Source: an uncultured Rhodobacterales bacterium (GTDB lineage Bacteria; Pseudomonadota; Alphaproteobacteria; Rhodobacterales; Rhodobacteraceae). Taken from it: a DNA stretch of 64,000 nucleotides. The translations under genes were made by a program, and so were the position numbers. Within the stretch, counting starts at the first letter, position 1. Every line of letters begins with the position of its first letter. The notes under the pieces are model-generated. The model ran no database searches. It was not told the DNA's origin and saw only the letters and a list, made by a program, of their open reading frames with translations. The DNA is taken from NCBI GenBank assembly GCA_964392825.1, contig CAYMRW010000001.1, positions 15,331-79,330 of the forward strand, read 5' to 3'. Shown here piece by piece: positions 1 through 11,200 of the stretch.

Positions 1-1324
1 GGTTCTCCATCCGGTGAACGGCGCCGAGGGGGATGTAGACGGACTGGTTCTCGGTCAGCAGGCGAACCTCGTCGCCGACCGTCACCCGCGCCGTACCGGC
101 GACCACCACCCAGTGCTCGGAGCGATGCATGTGGCTCTGCAGGCTGAGGATGCCGCCGGGCTTGACCATGATCCGCTTCACCTGGAAACGGCTGTCAATG
201 CAGAGCGTCTCGTACCAGCCCCAAGGCCGGTGAAAGCGCGGATAGTCTTCGGCCTGCGCCACACGGGCAGCCTTCAGCGTCTGGACGACCGTCTTGACGT
301 CCTGGCTGCGGTCCATGTCGGCGACCAGCACCGCATCGCGGGTCGCGACCGCGACGATCCGCTCGAGGCCGAGGCCGACGAGGCGCACCGAGCCCTCCTC
401 CGAGCGCAGGTAGCTGTCGTGGCAATCGATCGCCGTCACTGCGCCGTCCTCGACGACGCCGGTTTCGCCCCTATCGGAGGACTGCCAGAGCGACTGCCAT
501 GAACCCAGGTCGGTCCAGCCGCACCCGAGCGGGACCGCGACGACGCGTCCGGCGGCCGCCGCTGGTTCCATGATCGCGTAGTCTACCGAGATCGGCCTCA
601 CCTCCGCGTAGGACGCGCCGAGGCGCAGAAAGCCGAGGTCGCGACGATCCTCGGCGATGGCGGCGCGGACCGGCGCCAGCAGGTCGGGCGCATGCGCCTC
701 GAAGGCTGCGACCGCGTCGGCCGCGCGGAACAGGAAGATGCCGCCGTTCCAGAGATGCCGGCCGGTGGCGATCATGGACTCGGCGGCGGCGGCGTCGGGC
801 TTTTCCCGAAAGCTCGCCAGCGTGACCGCCGCCCCATCCTGCGGCACGCGCTCGAGCTCGAGATAGCCATAGCCCGTCTCCGGCCGGTCCGGAACGACGC
901 CGAAGGTCACGAGGCTGCCCTGCGCCGCCGCGTCGGCCCCGCGCGCGACCGCGGCTCGGAAGGCCTCGTCATCGGCGATCAGGTGGTCCGAGGGGGCGAC
1001 GAGCATCAGGGCCTGCGGGTCCTCCTCGGCCACCATCAGCACCGCGGCCAGGATGGCCGGCGCCGTGTCGCGTCCCACGGGCTCGATCACCACGCGCGGA
1101 TCGGCGAGACCGATGGCCGCCGCCTGCTCGCCGGCGATGAACCGGAAGGTTTCGCCCGTCATCACCAGGGGCGGCGCGTAGCCCGGCGCCGCGAACCGGC
1201 GAAGCGTTGCCTGATAGAGGCTCTCGGGACCCAACAGCGGCGCGAACTGCTTCGGATAGGCCGCGCGGCTCGAAGGCCACAGGCGCGTCCCCGCGCCTCC
1301 GCAAAGGATGATAGGGTGGATCAT
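1..1324 (-). CDS. manC: Mannose-1-phosphate guanylyltransferase / mannose-6-phosphate isomerase (3' end runs off the window)
   Basis: Read manually (missing from the ORF track). ATG at 1324 gives MIHPIILCGGAGTRLWPSSRAAYPKQF, AGGAGG lies just upstream, and the cupin segment LTENQSVYIPLGAVHRMEN sits at the window edge. Confidence 0.95.
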   Translation of the reverse strand, partial: MIHPIILCGGAGTRLWPSSRAAYPKQFAPLLGPESLYQATLRRFAAPGYAPPLVMTGETFRFIAGEQAAAIGLADPRVVIEPVGRDTAPAILAAVLMVAEEDPQALMLVAPSDHLIADDEAFRAAVARGADAAAQGSLVTFGVVPDRPETGYGYLELERVPQDGAAVTLASFREKPDAAAAESMIATGRHLWNGGIFLFRAADAVAAFEAHAPDLLAPVRAAIAEDRRDLGFLRLGASYAEVRPISVDYAIMEPAAAAGRVVAVPLGCGWTDLGSWQSLWQSSDRGETGVVEDGAVTAIDCHDSYLRSEEGSVRLVGLGLERIVAVATRDAVLVADMDRSQDVKTVVQTLKAARVAQAEDYPRFHRPWGWYETLCIDSRFQVKRIMVKPGGILSLQSHMHRSEHWVVVAGTARVTVGDEVRLLTENQSVYIPLGAVHRMEN

Positions 1325-1426
1325 GCGCGCCTCCTCGGCTCGTCCTTGGGCCCAAGCGGGCTTCTGACGCGAGGGGGCGGCCGGATCAAGGAATCCCTTG
1401 GGCCCAAAGCCGTTGCCGGCCTCGCT

Positions 1427-1693
1427 TCAGATCAGGCCGCGGATGCCGGTCGCGGTGGTGCCCGTCGCCCAGACCTTGGCGACGCGAAGCGGGAACACCG
1501 TGCCCGCGGCCACGAACACGGTCGCGGTCGATCCGTCCTTGGTGGTCACCCGCACATGCCCGGGCGTCTCGACGTTCAACCCGGTGAGCACGTGGGCGAG
1601 CCCGTCGTCGGCGTCATTGGGCGTGACCTCGACCACCGAGGTGGCCGGTTGGTCGGGCGTATTGGGATAGGAGGAGAACGGGTCTTTCGCCAT
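1427..1693 (-). CDS. Head-spike base protein, RcGTA Rcc01079 (GhsA)-like family, 88 aa
   Basis: Size and motif order DPF...PA...EVTPND...L.V..PG.VRV...G......AG..FPLRV.KVWATGTTATGI match my recollection of the Rcc01079 family, which ends in ATGTTAT. Confidence 0.8.
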   Translation of the reverse strand: MAKDPFSSYPNTPDQPATSVVEVTPNDADDGLAHVLTGLNVETPGHVRVTTKDGSTATVFVAAGTVFPLRVAKVWATGTTATGIRGLI

Positions 1694-1803
1694 GCCGGAA
1701 GCCTCGCGCGATAACTGAACGACGGGGGAAAATTTCCCCTCGACTACATGGTGCGCCCCTAAACAAGCTCTGAATCCGCCGTGCGGCGGTGCGCGGACCT
1801 GCC

Positions 1804-2475
1804 TCAGCCCCGGCGCAGTGCCACACGGCTATAGGCGATCCAGAACGCAGCCCAGAGAATGAAACCGCAAAACTTTGCCGTCTCTTCCGTCAGGTATAGC
1901 CAGGCGGGCGTCCCGAGGGTCTTCTCGACCTTGTCGGCCAAGGTCATCAGGGCGAGAAAGCACGCCGCAAGCCAGAGCCCCGCGAACCGGCGCCCGATCA
2001 CCTCCGGCCCGAGGCGCCACAGGATCGCGGCGCCGATCGCCCCATAGACGGCGAACACGAACAGTTCGCTCAGGCCGAGGCTTTCGCGCAGGAAGCGCTC
2101 GTGCAGCAGGAAGAGGTCGTCAAGCGCAAGCAGCGCCGACAGAATACCCGCAAGCCCCAGCACCACCGCCTCGTCGTCGCGAAGGCGCCCCGTTGCTCGT
2201 GCAAAGAGACAGATGGCGGCCGCAACCACCAACGCGATCACGCTGGCATAGGTGAAAAGCCCGGCATAGGCGGGCAGGTCGAATTGCGCGGCCGGATCGT
2301 TCAGGATCACGCCCCATTTCAGATCATTTAACACGAAAACGGAGACGACGGCGACAATCGACCCGGCACTTGCGCAGACCAGTAGCGCGATATGCCTTAT
2401 CTGCAGGTAGTCGCTATTCCGGGGGCTTGGCCCGTCAAAACGACGGGACCGGGCAAGGTCTTCGAACACACTCAT
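1804..2475 (-). CDS. Multi-pass membrane protein of unknown function
   Basis: ATG at 2475 (MSVFEDL). Several hydrophobic segments; motifs LLALDDLFLLHE and EETAKF of a type seen in EPS-locus membrane proteins. Confidence 0.7.
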   Translation of the reverse strand: MSVFEDLARSRRFDGPSPRNSDYLQIRHIALLVCASAGSIVAVVSVFVLNDLKWGVILNDPAAQFDLPAYAGLFTYASVIALVVAAAICLFARATGRLRDDEAVVLGLAGILSALLALDDLFLLHERFLRESLGLSELFVFAVYGAIGAAILWRLGPEVIGRRFAGLWLAACFLALMTLADKVEKTLGTPAWLYLTEETAKFCGFILWAAFWIAYSRVALRRG

Positions 2476-2761
2476 CAACTGATTCCTTCTCGCGACCCTA
2501 ATGTAACAATCCCATGACGCCCGCGACACACACTTATCTATCAAGCCGTGCGCTCCGGGCTCGCGCTCAAGCTGCGCTACGCAATTCCTTGCCGCGCGGC
2601 GAAGCGAGCGACGTCGGTGTCGCGACGGGCCGCCGGTTCGTGGAACGGTTCGGCGCCGGCGCACCGGGTCGTCGCGGTCCCACCACTCCCGACGGGCCCG
2701 ATCCCGCCCTTGTCAATTCACACGGGCTCCGGCACCACGCCCGCGTCGCTTGGAGACGCTC

Positions 2762-3796
2762 ATGCCCCTAGTCCCGCGCCGCGCGCTCGTCACAGGATCG
2801 GCAGGGTTCGTCGGCCGCGCCGTCGCGGCGCGACTGCTCGCCGAGGGCTGGCACGTGACCGGCCTCGACGCCATGACCGACTACTACGACGTCGCCCTCA
2901 AGCGGGCGCGACATGCCACGCTCGAAGGAGACGCCTTCCGCGCCGTCGAGGCGCGGCTCGAGACGCCGGGCGTGCTCGCCGACCTCCTTGCCGAGGAGCG
3001 CCCGGAGATCGTCGTCCATCTCGCCGCGCAGGCGGGGGTGCGCTTCTCGATCGAGGCGCCCGAGACCTATCTCGACGCCAATGTCACCGGCACGTTCCGG
3101 CTGCTCGAGGCAGCCCGGGCGTCGCTGCCCCAGCATCTGCTGCTGGCCTCGACCTCTTCGGTCTACGGCGCCAATGCGGCGATGCCCTATGCCGAGACCG
3201 ATCGCGCCGACACGCAGATGTCGTTCTACGCCGCGACGAAGAAGGCGACCGAGGCGATGGCCCACGCCTATGCCCATCTCTACGGCCTGCCGACCACGAT
3301 GTTCCGCTTCTTCACCGTCTACGGCCCCTGGGGACGGCCCGACATGGCGCCGTGGAAATTCGTGCAGGCGGCGTTCGAGGGCCGTCCGATCGACGTCTAC
3401 AACGGTGGACGGATGCGGCGTGACTTCACCTACATCGACGACCTCGCCAAGGCCGTGACGAAGCTTGCCGGAGTACCGCCGGTCCGCGCCCAAGGCCCGG
3501 TTCCGGAGGGGGACAGCCTTTCGCCGGTGGCCCCGTTCCGTGTCGTCAACATCGGCAACGCCGAGCCGGTCGAACTCATGGACTTCATCGTCGCGGTCGA
3601 GATCGCGACGGGCCGCACGCTCGAGAAGCGGATGCTGCCGATGCAGCCCGGCGACGTACCGGCGACCTGGGCCTCGACCGACCTGCTCGAACGGCTGACG
3701 GGCACGCGCCCCGCGACCCCGGTCCGCCACGGTATGGCGCGTTTCGTCGAGTGGTACCGGGGCTATGCCGGCGTTTCCCCCAGCGAAATGAGCTGA
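2762..3796 (+). CDS. NAD-dependent epimerase, UDP-glucuronate 4-epimerase type
   Basis: VTGSAGFVG, HLAAQAGVRFS, ASTSSVYG, YAATKK, RFFTVYGPWGRPDMA and MQPGDV motifs; GGAG upstream of ATG 2762. Confidence 0.9.
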   Translation: MPLVPRRALVTGSAGFVGRAVAARLLAEGWHVTGLDAMTDYYDVALKRARHATLEGDAFRAVEARLETPGVLADLLAEERPEIVVHLAAQAGVRFSIEAPETYLDANVTGTFRLLEAARASLPQHLLLASTSSVYGANAAMPYAETDRADTQMSFYAATKKATEAMAHAYAHLYGLPTTMFRFFTVYGPWGRPDMAPWKFVQAAFEGRPIDVYNGGRMRRDFTYIDDLAKAVTKLAGVPPVRAQGPVPEGDSLSPVAPFRVVNIGNAEPVELMDFIVAVEIATGRTLEKRMLPMQPGDVPATWASTDLLERLTGTRPATPVRHGMARFVEWYRGYAGVSPSEMS

Positions 3797-4412
3797 CGCC
3801 ACCGCTCGCCCTCGAGAGGCAGGCGCAGGGACGGCGCGAAGCGTCGGCGACTGCGATCTTCACCCGTCCTGACACCGTGACGCCAACGACGGGCGGCCCC
3901 TTCACGTCCCCGCATCGGATCAGCCGAACGCTCTACATTCGGTCGGCACAAGGCGCTCGCGAAGCATCCTCCGTAGGGCGGCGACGCAGCACCGAAGACG
4001 GGCGAGCTGATCGGGCCGGTTCGGCGACCCGACGCGGGGCGGGCACCGACCTTGTCGTCGACCGGGACATCGCGATGGGGCGGGGACAGCACTCGGATGT
4101 CGCTCTGGGGATCGAACCTCGGCCGCTCGGCCACCTCCCAGATGAGCTCGACCTGCCACGACAGGCGCGCCATGCCACCGCCGATCCGACGGTGGCCATA
4201 GCTGGGCGGATGCCCCAAGGCGTGAACCGCGGTCATAGCGCGAAGTCCCGAACAGCTCGATCGGGAAGCGTGCCATGCCGATGCTGCACTTTCGCGGCGG
4301 GATCACGCCGTCCCATCTGGCGGCGCCGGCGTAGACCGGCGGCCAGCGGTCGAGCCTGATGCGCGGAGGAGCCAGGGGAGCTATGTTTCGTAGCGGACAA
4401 GAGAGCTTATCG

Positions 4413-5147
4413 ATGGAAATTGCGCGGATCCTGAGCTGTGCCCGGGACCATTGGACGTTCGGGGATCCCAACGCCGTCGGCTGGTTCACCGTCTTCGCCT
4501 ACCTCGTGGCGGCGGTGCTGGCATTCCGGGTAGCGGCGGACGACCGGGCGGCCTCGGGTGCCGAACGGGCGTTCTGGGCCGCCGCGGGACTGTTCCTCGC
4601 GTTCCTCGCCGTCAACAAGCAGCTCGATCTGCAGAGCCTTCTGACCGCGGCCGGGCGCTGCGCGGCGAAACTGCAGGGCTGGTACGGGATGCGCCGGACC
4701 GTGCAGTTCGACTTCGTTCTAACACTCGCCGGGTTGAGCGCCGTGGCCATGATCACGGCTCTCTGGCTCCTCGGTCGAGCGCTGCGCCGGACCTGGCTCG
4801 CGCTCCTCGGGCTCGTCTGGATCGGCGGGTTCGTCCTCATCCGCGCCGTTGGCTTCCACCATGTCGACGAGCTGATCGGCCTTCGCCTCGCCGGCGTTCG
4901 GCTGAACTGGGTGTTCGAGCTCGGCGGCATCGGGATCTTCACCCTCGGCGCCGGCCTCGCCCTGGCGCGGGCGGCGAAGGCGCTAGCCCCCTCGGGGCCG
5001 GCCGGCACGGGTGGCGATGAAGATCCCGGCGAGCGCGGGCAGCAGCCAGATCGCCCTGCTTTGATAGCGGTCGACCGGCGCCGAGAGGCCGCCGAAGATC
5101 GCCGCATTGACGAGAAGGCCCAGGACCACCACCGCGGCCGTCTCTAG
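4413..5147 (+). CDS. Membrane protein of unknown function; its 3' end overlaps the convergent gene
   Basis: About five hydrophobic helices; motifs GDPNAVGWFTVFAY, NKQLDLQS and IRAVGFHHVD. Confidence 0.7.
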   Translation: MEIARILSCARDHWTFGDPNAVGWFTVFAYLVAAVLAFRVAADDRAASGAERAFWAAAGLFLAFLAVNKQLDLQSLLTAAGRCAAKLQGWYGMRRTVQFDFVLTLAGLSAVAMITALWLLGRALRRTWLALLGLVWIGGFVLIRAVGFHHVDELIGLRLAGVRLNWVFELGGIGIFTLGAGLALARAAKALAPSGPAGTGGDEDPGERGQQPDRPALIAVDRRREAAEDRRIDEKAQDHHRGRL

Positions 5148-6410
5148 CTCGGCGCGACCGAGGCGGCGGCGAAGGGCAAGCCAGGTCAGCAGCGCCCCGG
5201 CAGCCCAGGTCGTCCACGGCACGATCCGATCGAAGGTGCCGACGACGGCGCGGGCGCGCGCGTCGGAGGCGCCCTCGCCGACGTCGACGCGGATGCCCCC
5301 GAGGCCCACCCGGACGATCTGCAGCGCACCATTGCCGAAAAGCGAGATCGACTGCTCCAAGGGATACTCGCGGAAGGCGCGGGCGAGGACGAGGAACTCC
5401 TCGTCCCTGATCCGGTCGAGGAGCTCGGGCGACAGCGAGTCGATGCCTTCCTCGCCCCAGAGGAACTCGTTGATGCGCGGCACCTCGTCGCCGAACGCCT
5501 CGCAGAAGGCGAGCGGCGCCTCGGGGCAGGCGTCCTCGAGATACCAGCGCGCTGGTCCGTCGGCGATCGACCGGGCGAGCAGGATCGGCAACCGAAGCGG
5601 CGTCACGGAGGGCTTGTCAAGGGCGACCGAGCTCGCGCCGAGATTGGCGAGCGGCGCGAACAGCACCGGGAACGCCGCGGCGACGACAACGGCGAGGGTC
5701 AGCCGACGGCGAACCAGCCGCCAGAGCAGCACCGCGCCGTAGAGCGCCGCCGCCACCGCGCCGTGGCCGTAATGCGCGGCGACCGCGAAGGCCGCGATCA
5801 GTGCCAGCGCGACCTGCTGCCACGGCCGAAGATCGTCGAACCGCCAGACGAGGATCGCCCCCCAGAGGATCACGGTGGCGGCGAGGAGGTCGGGCATCTG
5901 GTACGCCGCGAACCACGGCAGCGTGGTGAAGGCGGCGAGGTAGAGGAAGGTCACGCCAAGGATTCCAGGCCGCGCCAGCGCGTCGCGGCCGATGAGCGCG
6001 AACAGCATCCAAAGCGTCATCGCCGCCTGCAGGAGCGCGAAGCCCGGCCGCCAGATCTGCGCCCCCGCGACGAAGGTGTAGGCCGAGTAGATGAACGAGC
6101 GGACGACGATCGGCTCGCCCCGCGCATTGACGAGGGCGTCGCCGCCGTCACCAATGCCACCTCCGCCCTCGGGAGCGACGCCGAGAAGGTCGCCGAGGAG
6201 ATCCGTGCCCATGGTCCACACGATGCGGCCGCCGCGGACGTAGCTTTCGGTGTCGGCGAACACGAGCTCGCCCCCGACCGCCAGCATCGGCCAGCCGAGG
6301 ACCAGGGCGAGGACGACGGCGAGTATCGCGCCCGAAAGCCCGACGAGTGGGGTCGCGCCCGCCGCCCAGCCAAGCGCCGGGGTTTCCGAGCGCGTCTCCG
6401 TCTCAGCCAT
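4983..6410 (-). CDS. Polytopic membrane protein, possible GT-C-fold glycosyltransferase
   Basis: 475 aa with roughly 10 TM segments, an acidic FADTESY motif after TM1, a large soluble loop and a C-terminal DRYQSR motif. Confidence 0.6.
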   Translation of the reverse strand: MAETETRSETPALGWAAGATPLVGLSGAILAVVLALVLGWPMLAVGGELVFADTESYVRGGRIVWTMGTDLLGDLLGVAPEGGGGIGDGGDALVNARGEPIVVRSFIYSAYTFVAGAQIWRPGFALLQAAMTLWMLFALIGRDALARPGILGVTFLYLAAFTTLPWFAAYQMPDLLAATVILWGAILVWRFDDLRPWQQVALALIAAFAVAAHYGHGAVAAALYGAVLLWRLVRRRLTLAVVVAAAFPVLFAPLANLGASSVALDKPSVTPLRLPILLARSIADGPARWYLEDACPEAPLAFCEAFGDEVPRINEFLWGEEGIDSLSPELLDRIRDEEFLVLARAFREYPLEQSISLFGNGALQIVRVGLGGIRVDVGEGASDARARAVVGTFDRIVPWTTWAAGALLTWLALRRRLGRAELETAAVVVLGLLVNAAIFGGLSAPVDRYQSRAIWLLPALAGIFIATRAGRPRGG

Positions 6411-6670
6411 TCATCGCCTCCGGCGCATGGTCCGCTCCGCTCGGGACGGCCTAGGCCAGATCGGCGCGGCGGCCAAGGCGGGGCGGTCGCACCGGGGAGC
6501 TCAGCGAGGTCGGCGCCTGGCCGACGGGACCCGGAGGCCCGGTTACCCGACGCCGCGCGCGCGATCTGAAGCCCGTCGGCAAGCGAAAGGTCGGTACCTG
6601 CCGTCGACGCCGGATTGAGCTCGGCGCCCACGAGGGAAACCGCCGCGGCCGACGAGAGCTTTCGTCGCTG

Positions 6671-7621
6671 CTAGGCGAGGCCGAGTTCGCCGCGGAAATG
6701 CGCGATGGTGCGCGGCAGACCCTCGGACAGGGCGACCCGAGGCTCCCAGTCGAGGATTTCCTTGGCGCGGGTGATGTCGGGGCGGCGTTGCTTGGGATCG
6801 TCGATCAGCGCCGGACGCCAGGCGATCTCGGACTTCGATCCTGTGGCCTCGATCACCGTCGCGGCAAGCTCATGGATGGTGAGCTCGGCGGGGTTGCCGA
6901 GGTTCACCGGGCCGGTGATGTCGTCGTCGGTCGCCATCATGCGCATCATTCCCTCGATCAGGTCGTCGACGAAGCAGAAGGAGCGGGTCTGCTGCCCCTC
7001 GCCGTGAACGGTGATCGGCTCTCCGCGAAGCGCCTGGATCACGAAGTTCGACACCACGCGCCCGTCGGCGAGATGCATCCGGGGGCCGTAGGTGTTGAAG
7101 ATGCGGATCACCTTGATCGGCATCTCGTGCTGACGGCGGTAGTCGAAGAACAGCGTCTCGGCGCAACGCTTGCCCTCGTCGTAGCACGATCGCGGTCCGA
7201 TGGTGTTGACGTTGCCCCAGTAGCTCTCAACCTGCGGATGTACCTCGGGGTCGCCGTAGACCTCGGAGGTCGAGGCCTGCAGGATCTTGGCCTTCACGCG
7301 CTTGGCGAGGCCCAGCATGTTGATCGCGCCGATCACGCTGGTCTTCGTCGTCTGCACGGGATCGTGCTGATAGTGGATCGGCGAGGCGGGGCAGGCGAGA
7401 TTGTAGATTTCGTCGACCTCAACGTAGAGCGGGAACGTCACGTCGTGGCGCATCGCCTCGAAGTTTGGCCTGCCGAGGAGGTGGGCGATGTTCGTCCGCC
7501 GCCCGGTGAAATAGTTGTCGACGCAGAGAACTTCATGCCCCTGCTCGACCAGACGCTCGCACAGGTGGCTGCCGAGGAACCCGGCGCCGCCGGTGACCAG
7601 AATGCGCTTCGGACCGTTCAT
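6671..7621 (-). CDS. uxs: UDP-glucuronic acid decarboxylase (UDP-xylose synthase)
   Basis: [47 protein letters not shown] and DGRVVSNF motifs; ATG at 7621. Confidence 0.92.
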   Translation of the reverse strand: MNGPKRILVTGGAGFLGSHLCERLVEQGHEVLCVDNYFTGRRTNIAHLLGRPNFEAMRHDVTFPLYVEVDEIYNLACPASPIHYQHDPVQTTKTSVIGAINMLGLAKRVKAKILQASTSEVYGDPEVHPQVESYWGNVNTIGPRSCYDEGKRCAETLFFDYRRQHEMPIKVIRIFNTYGPRMHLADGRVVSNFVIQALRGEPITVHGEGQQTRSFCFVDDLIEGMMRMMATDDDITGPVNLGNPAELTIHELAATVIEATGSKSEIAWRPALIDDPKQRRPDITRAKEILDWEPRVALSEGLPRTIAHFRGELGLA

Positions 7622-8281
7622 CTCTACTCTCCGGCAGCTGGCGTATCGTCGTCCCCTCTTCTCCGTGTCTGCCCGTCGCCGCAATACCAAGCCGAGCACT
7701 TTGGCGGGTTTCCGGGTTGCACGCTTAACGAGCAGCTTCCTGTCCAACGTGCGCGCCACCATCAGATGTCCCGGCGGTCGAGGTACGCCCCCGGTGGCGT
7801 CGGCATTGGGCCATGGCCGGTCGAGCATGTCCGTGTCCGGCGTGCTCCTCGACCCGCGTTCTGCAGCGAGCCGCCCTCCTGCCCGCGTAATGCGCGGCGC
7901 GGGCCTCGCGTTTCCGTGAAGTTGGTCCCGCGGGCCGTCGGGGACTTACACGTATAGGTTGAATATCTCGGTAGGTCATCGGCTTCAGGGGGGCCGAACG
8001 GCGTTAACGAAGTATGAACAAGTTTATTACTTCCGCGTGCATCATCCCCTACTATAACTCCAGCCCCCAATGGCGGGCCGAGTAGCGACATGAGTAGGAA
8101 CAGGTTTGGAAAAGCTTCTCCGTCCGAGGCACTCGCAGGGTTTCCGGGCCGCGCATTTCCTGCCGGTCCCCTAGCCCGCCGCGGCTCTGCCGTACTCCTG
8201 CCAGCGATCCCGGGACACGCCGCAGCCGCGTCGTCCGGGCTGGACAGGTTCAATGAACATCTGATCTGAGGAACTTCTCCG

Positions 8282-11200
8282 ATGGCCACTTTGCCCGAAC
8301 CGCCCGCCGGCACGAACGGTTATTTCCTGGAAGAGAACGGCCTGGTGAAGGTCCAGTTCGAGGACATCGCGAACGGTGCGCAACCGCCGTCGGGTTGGGT
8401 CTATCAGGACGCCTCGAACGGCAACAATCCGGGCTTCGAGGGCGACGGCTACTACTACTGGAAGAGCGAGACGAGCACTCAGCTCGACAAACAGCCGACC
8501 CAGGGGCTGATCTCGGCCACGGTCTACATCCAGAACGCGGGAACCTATAACCTCTATCTCCGCAGCACCCGCGATAGCGATGACCCGAGCGACCAGCGCA
8601 ACGATATCTGGGTCAAGGTCGACGACGACATCATCCCGCTACTGCCCCTCAGCAGGGAGATGATCACCGTCGATGGCTTCGCGAAGCTCTACGGCGCCTC
8701 GACGAGCTGGGGGACGTCGAAGAATTTCGACGACGCCAACACCAACAACAATCCCGACTCGCGCCTCGTCCTGAGCGAGGGCTTCCACACCATCACCTTC
8801 GCCGGGCGCTCGCAGGGCTTTCACATCGACAGCTTCCAGCTGAACACCAGGGGCGGCGCGAACAACGCCCTCGAAAGCTCGCAGTTCGTCACCGCGGCCG
8901 AGATAACCGCCCCCGAGATCGGCGCGGCGACCCTGACGATCACCCCGAACGAGGACGTCCAGGGTTCAAACTTCGGCAGCAACTCGTTCCGGATCGAGAA
9001 TGTCGGCGACAAGACCATCGCCAAGGTCGAGATCGACGTCACCGATGCGCTGCTCCGCGACGCGGTGTTCGACCCGTTCGGCTTGGCCGGCGACACCGTC
9101 ACCAAGCCGCTGACGATCAACAGTGCCGGCAACACCGGCGTCGCGGCGCCGAGCTCCGCCTCCTACATCGGCGCCGGCGGCACCGCCGGCTACGAGAAGA
9201 TCCAGCTGGTCTTCAACCAGAATTCGAGCGGCGGCTTCCAGCCGGGCGAGGCGGTGGGCTTCGCCATCGACATGGACCCCAACTCGATCGCCGGGGCGCA
9301 GAAGGATCCCCTCGATGCCGGCACCGATCCCGCCTGGGACGTCGGCGGCGTCAATGGCGCAGAGCTCGTCGGCTCGCGCTTCACCGTGACCTTCACCGAC
9401 GGCACGACCGCGACGGGGCAACTGCAGGGCGTCACCGACACCGCGACGACGAACAGCCAGGGTGGCGGCCGCGGCCTCGCCACGCAGACGCCTTCGGCGG
9501 GGACCGTCTCGCTCGAGGTCGCCGGTCTCTCCCCAGGCGAGGCCGGCAGCTACGCGTCCGGCGGCCCGGAGGTCGTGATCGACGGCCCGGCCGGCGCGAC
9601 GGCGCGCATCGTGCTCCTCAAGGGCTTTATCCAGCCGGGCGACAATCTCTTCACCGGCGCCTACAAGGCGCAGCTCGACGCGCAGCTCGCGGCACTCGCG
9701 GCCAGTGACTTCCCGGCCAACAACGCCGTCGAGTTCCAGGTGCGGGACGTGGTCCTGACCGGCGCACCCCAGAACGTCACCGCGCTCTTCAACTTCGACA
9801 CGGTCCCGGTCCCGGGCGTAGCCAACCCCGACGCGCTTCCCCTCGGCTTCGTTGCGGGCCTCATCGACCCCCAGAACGACGACCTCCCGGCCGGACCGGT
9901 CACGACGCCGATCTATCTCGTCGCGGACGACGGATCGGGGCCGGCGAACGCGGCGCCGGTCGCGGCGGACGACACGGCGGCGAGCGCCGGCGCGGCGGTG
10001 ACGGTCGACGTGCTCGGCAACGACACGGACGCGGACGGCGACGCGCTGTCGCTGGCGTCGTTCACGCAGGGCGCCAACGGCACGGTCGCGCGCGACGACG
10101 CCGGCACGCCGGGCGACCAGAGCGACGACCAGCTGGTCTACACGCCGGCCGCCGGCTTCTCCGGCCAGGACAGCTTCACCTACACGATCGGCGACGGCCA
10201 GGGCGGCACCGACACGGCGACGGTGAACGTATCGGTATCGGGGTCGGCGCCGGCCTTCGAACTCTACATCAACGCCGGCGGCGGCGCCTACACGGCGCTC
10301 GACGGCACGTCCTACGTCGCCGACACCTACTTCTCGGGCGGCGTGGCCGGCGCGAAGAGCGCGGCGATCGCGGGCACCGGAGACGACGCGCTGTTCAACG
10401 CCTACCGCCTCGGCGAGTTCGGCTACGCCATCCCGGTGGCGAACGGCACCTACGTGGTCGACCTGTCGTTCTCGGAGTTCTACTGGACCCAGGACGGGGC
10501 GCGGGTCTTCGACGTCGGGATCGAGGGCGCGACGGTGCTCGACAACTTCGACGTCCACGCCGCGGCGGGGGCGCGGAACACCGCCTTCACCGCGCCGTCG
10601 ATCACGGTCGAGGTGACGGACGGCACGCTTGACATCGGCTTCGAGGGCGAGGTGCGGGCGCCGCTGCTGCAGGCGATCGGCATCCGCAGCGCCAGCACCG
10701 CGCCGGGCGCGGCGCCGGTCGCGGCGGACGACGCCTACGCGGTGGCCGAGGACGGCACGCTGACGGTGGGCGCGGCGCAGGGGGTGCTGGCCAACGACAG
10801 CGACGCCGATGGCGGCACGCTCACGGCGAGCGTGGCGGCGGGGCCGGCACACGGCACGCTGTCGCTCGCGGCGAACGGTTCGTTCGTCTACACGCCCGAG
10901 GCCGGCTTCTCGGGCCCCGACGGCTTCAGCTACACCGTGACCGACGACACCGGGCGGACCGACGGGGGGACGGTGGCGATCACCGTGGCGGCGGCGGCGA
11001 ACGCCGCGCCGGTCGCGGCGGACGACACGGCGGCGAGCGCCGGCGCGGCGGTGACGGTCGACGTGCTCGGCAACGACACGGACGCGGACGGCGACGCGCT
11101 GTCGCTGGCGTCGTTCACGCAGGGCGCCAACGGCACGGTCGCGCGCGACGACGCCGGCACGCCGGGCGACCAGAGCGACGACCAGCTGGTCTACACGCCG

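Noticed and set aside
14-1714. Plus-strand ORFs of 162 and 340 aa
   Set aside because: Antisense shadows of manC, which the ORF track missed because it runs off the window.
7622-8281. Long, AT-richer intergenic region as a possible sRNA or small gene
   Set aside because: Explained as a divergent promoter region; no recognisable RNA family or credible ORF.
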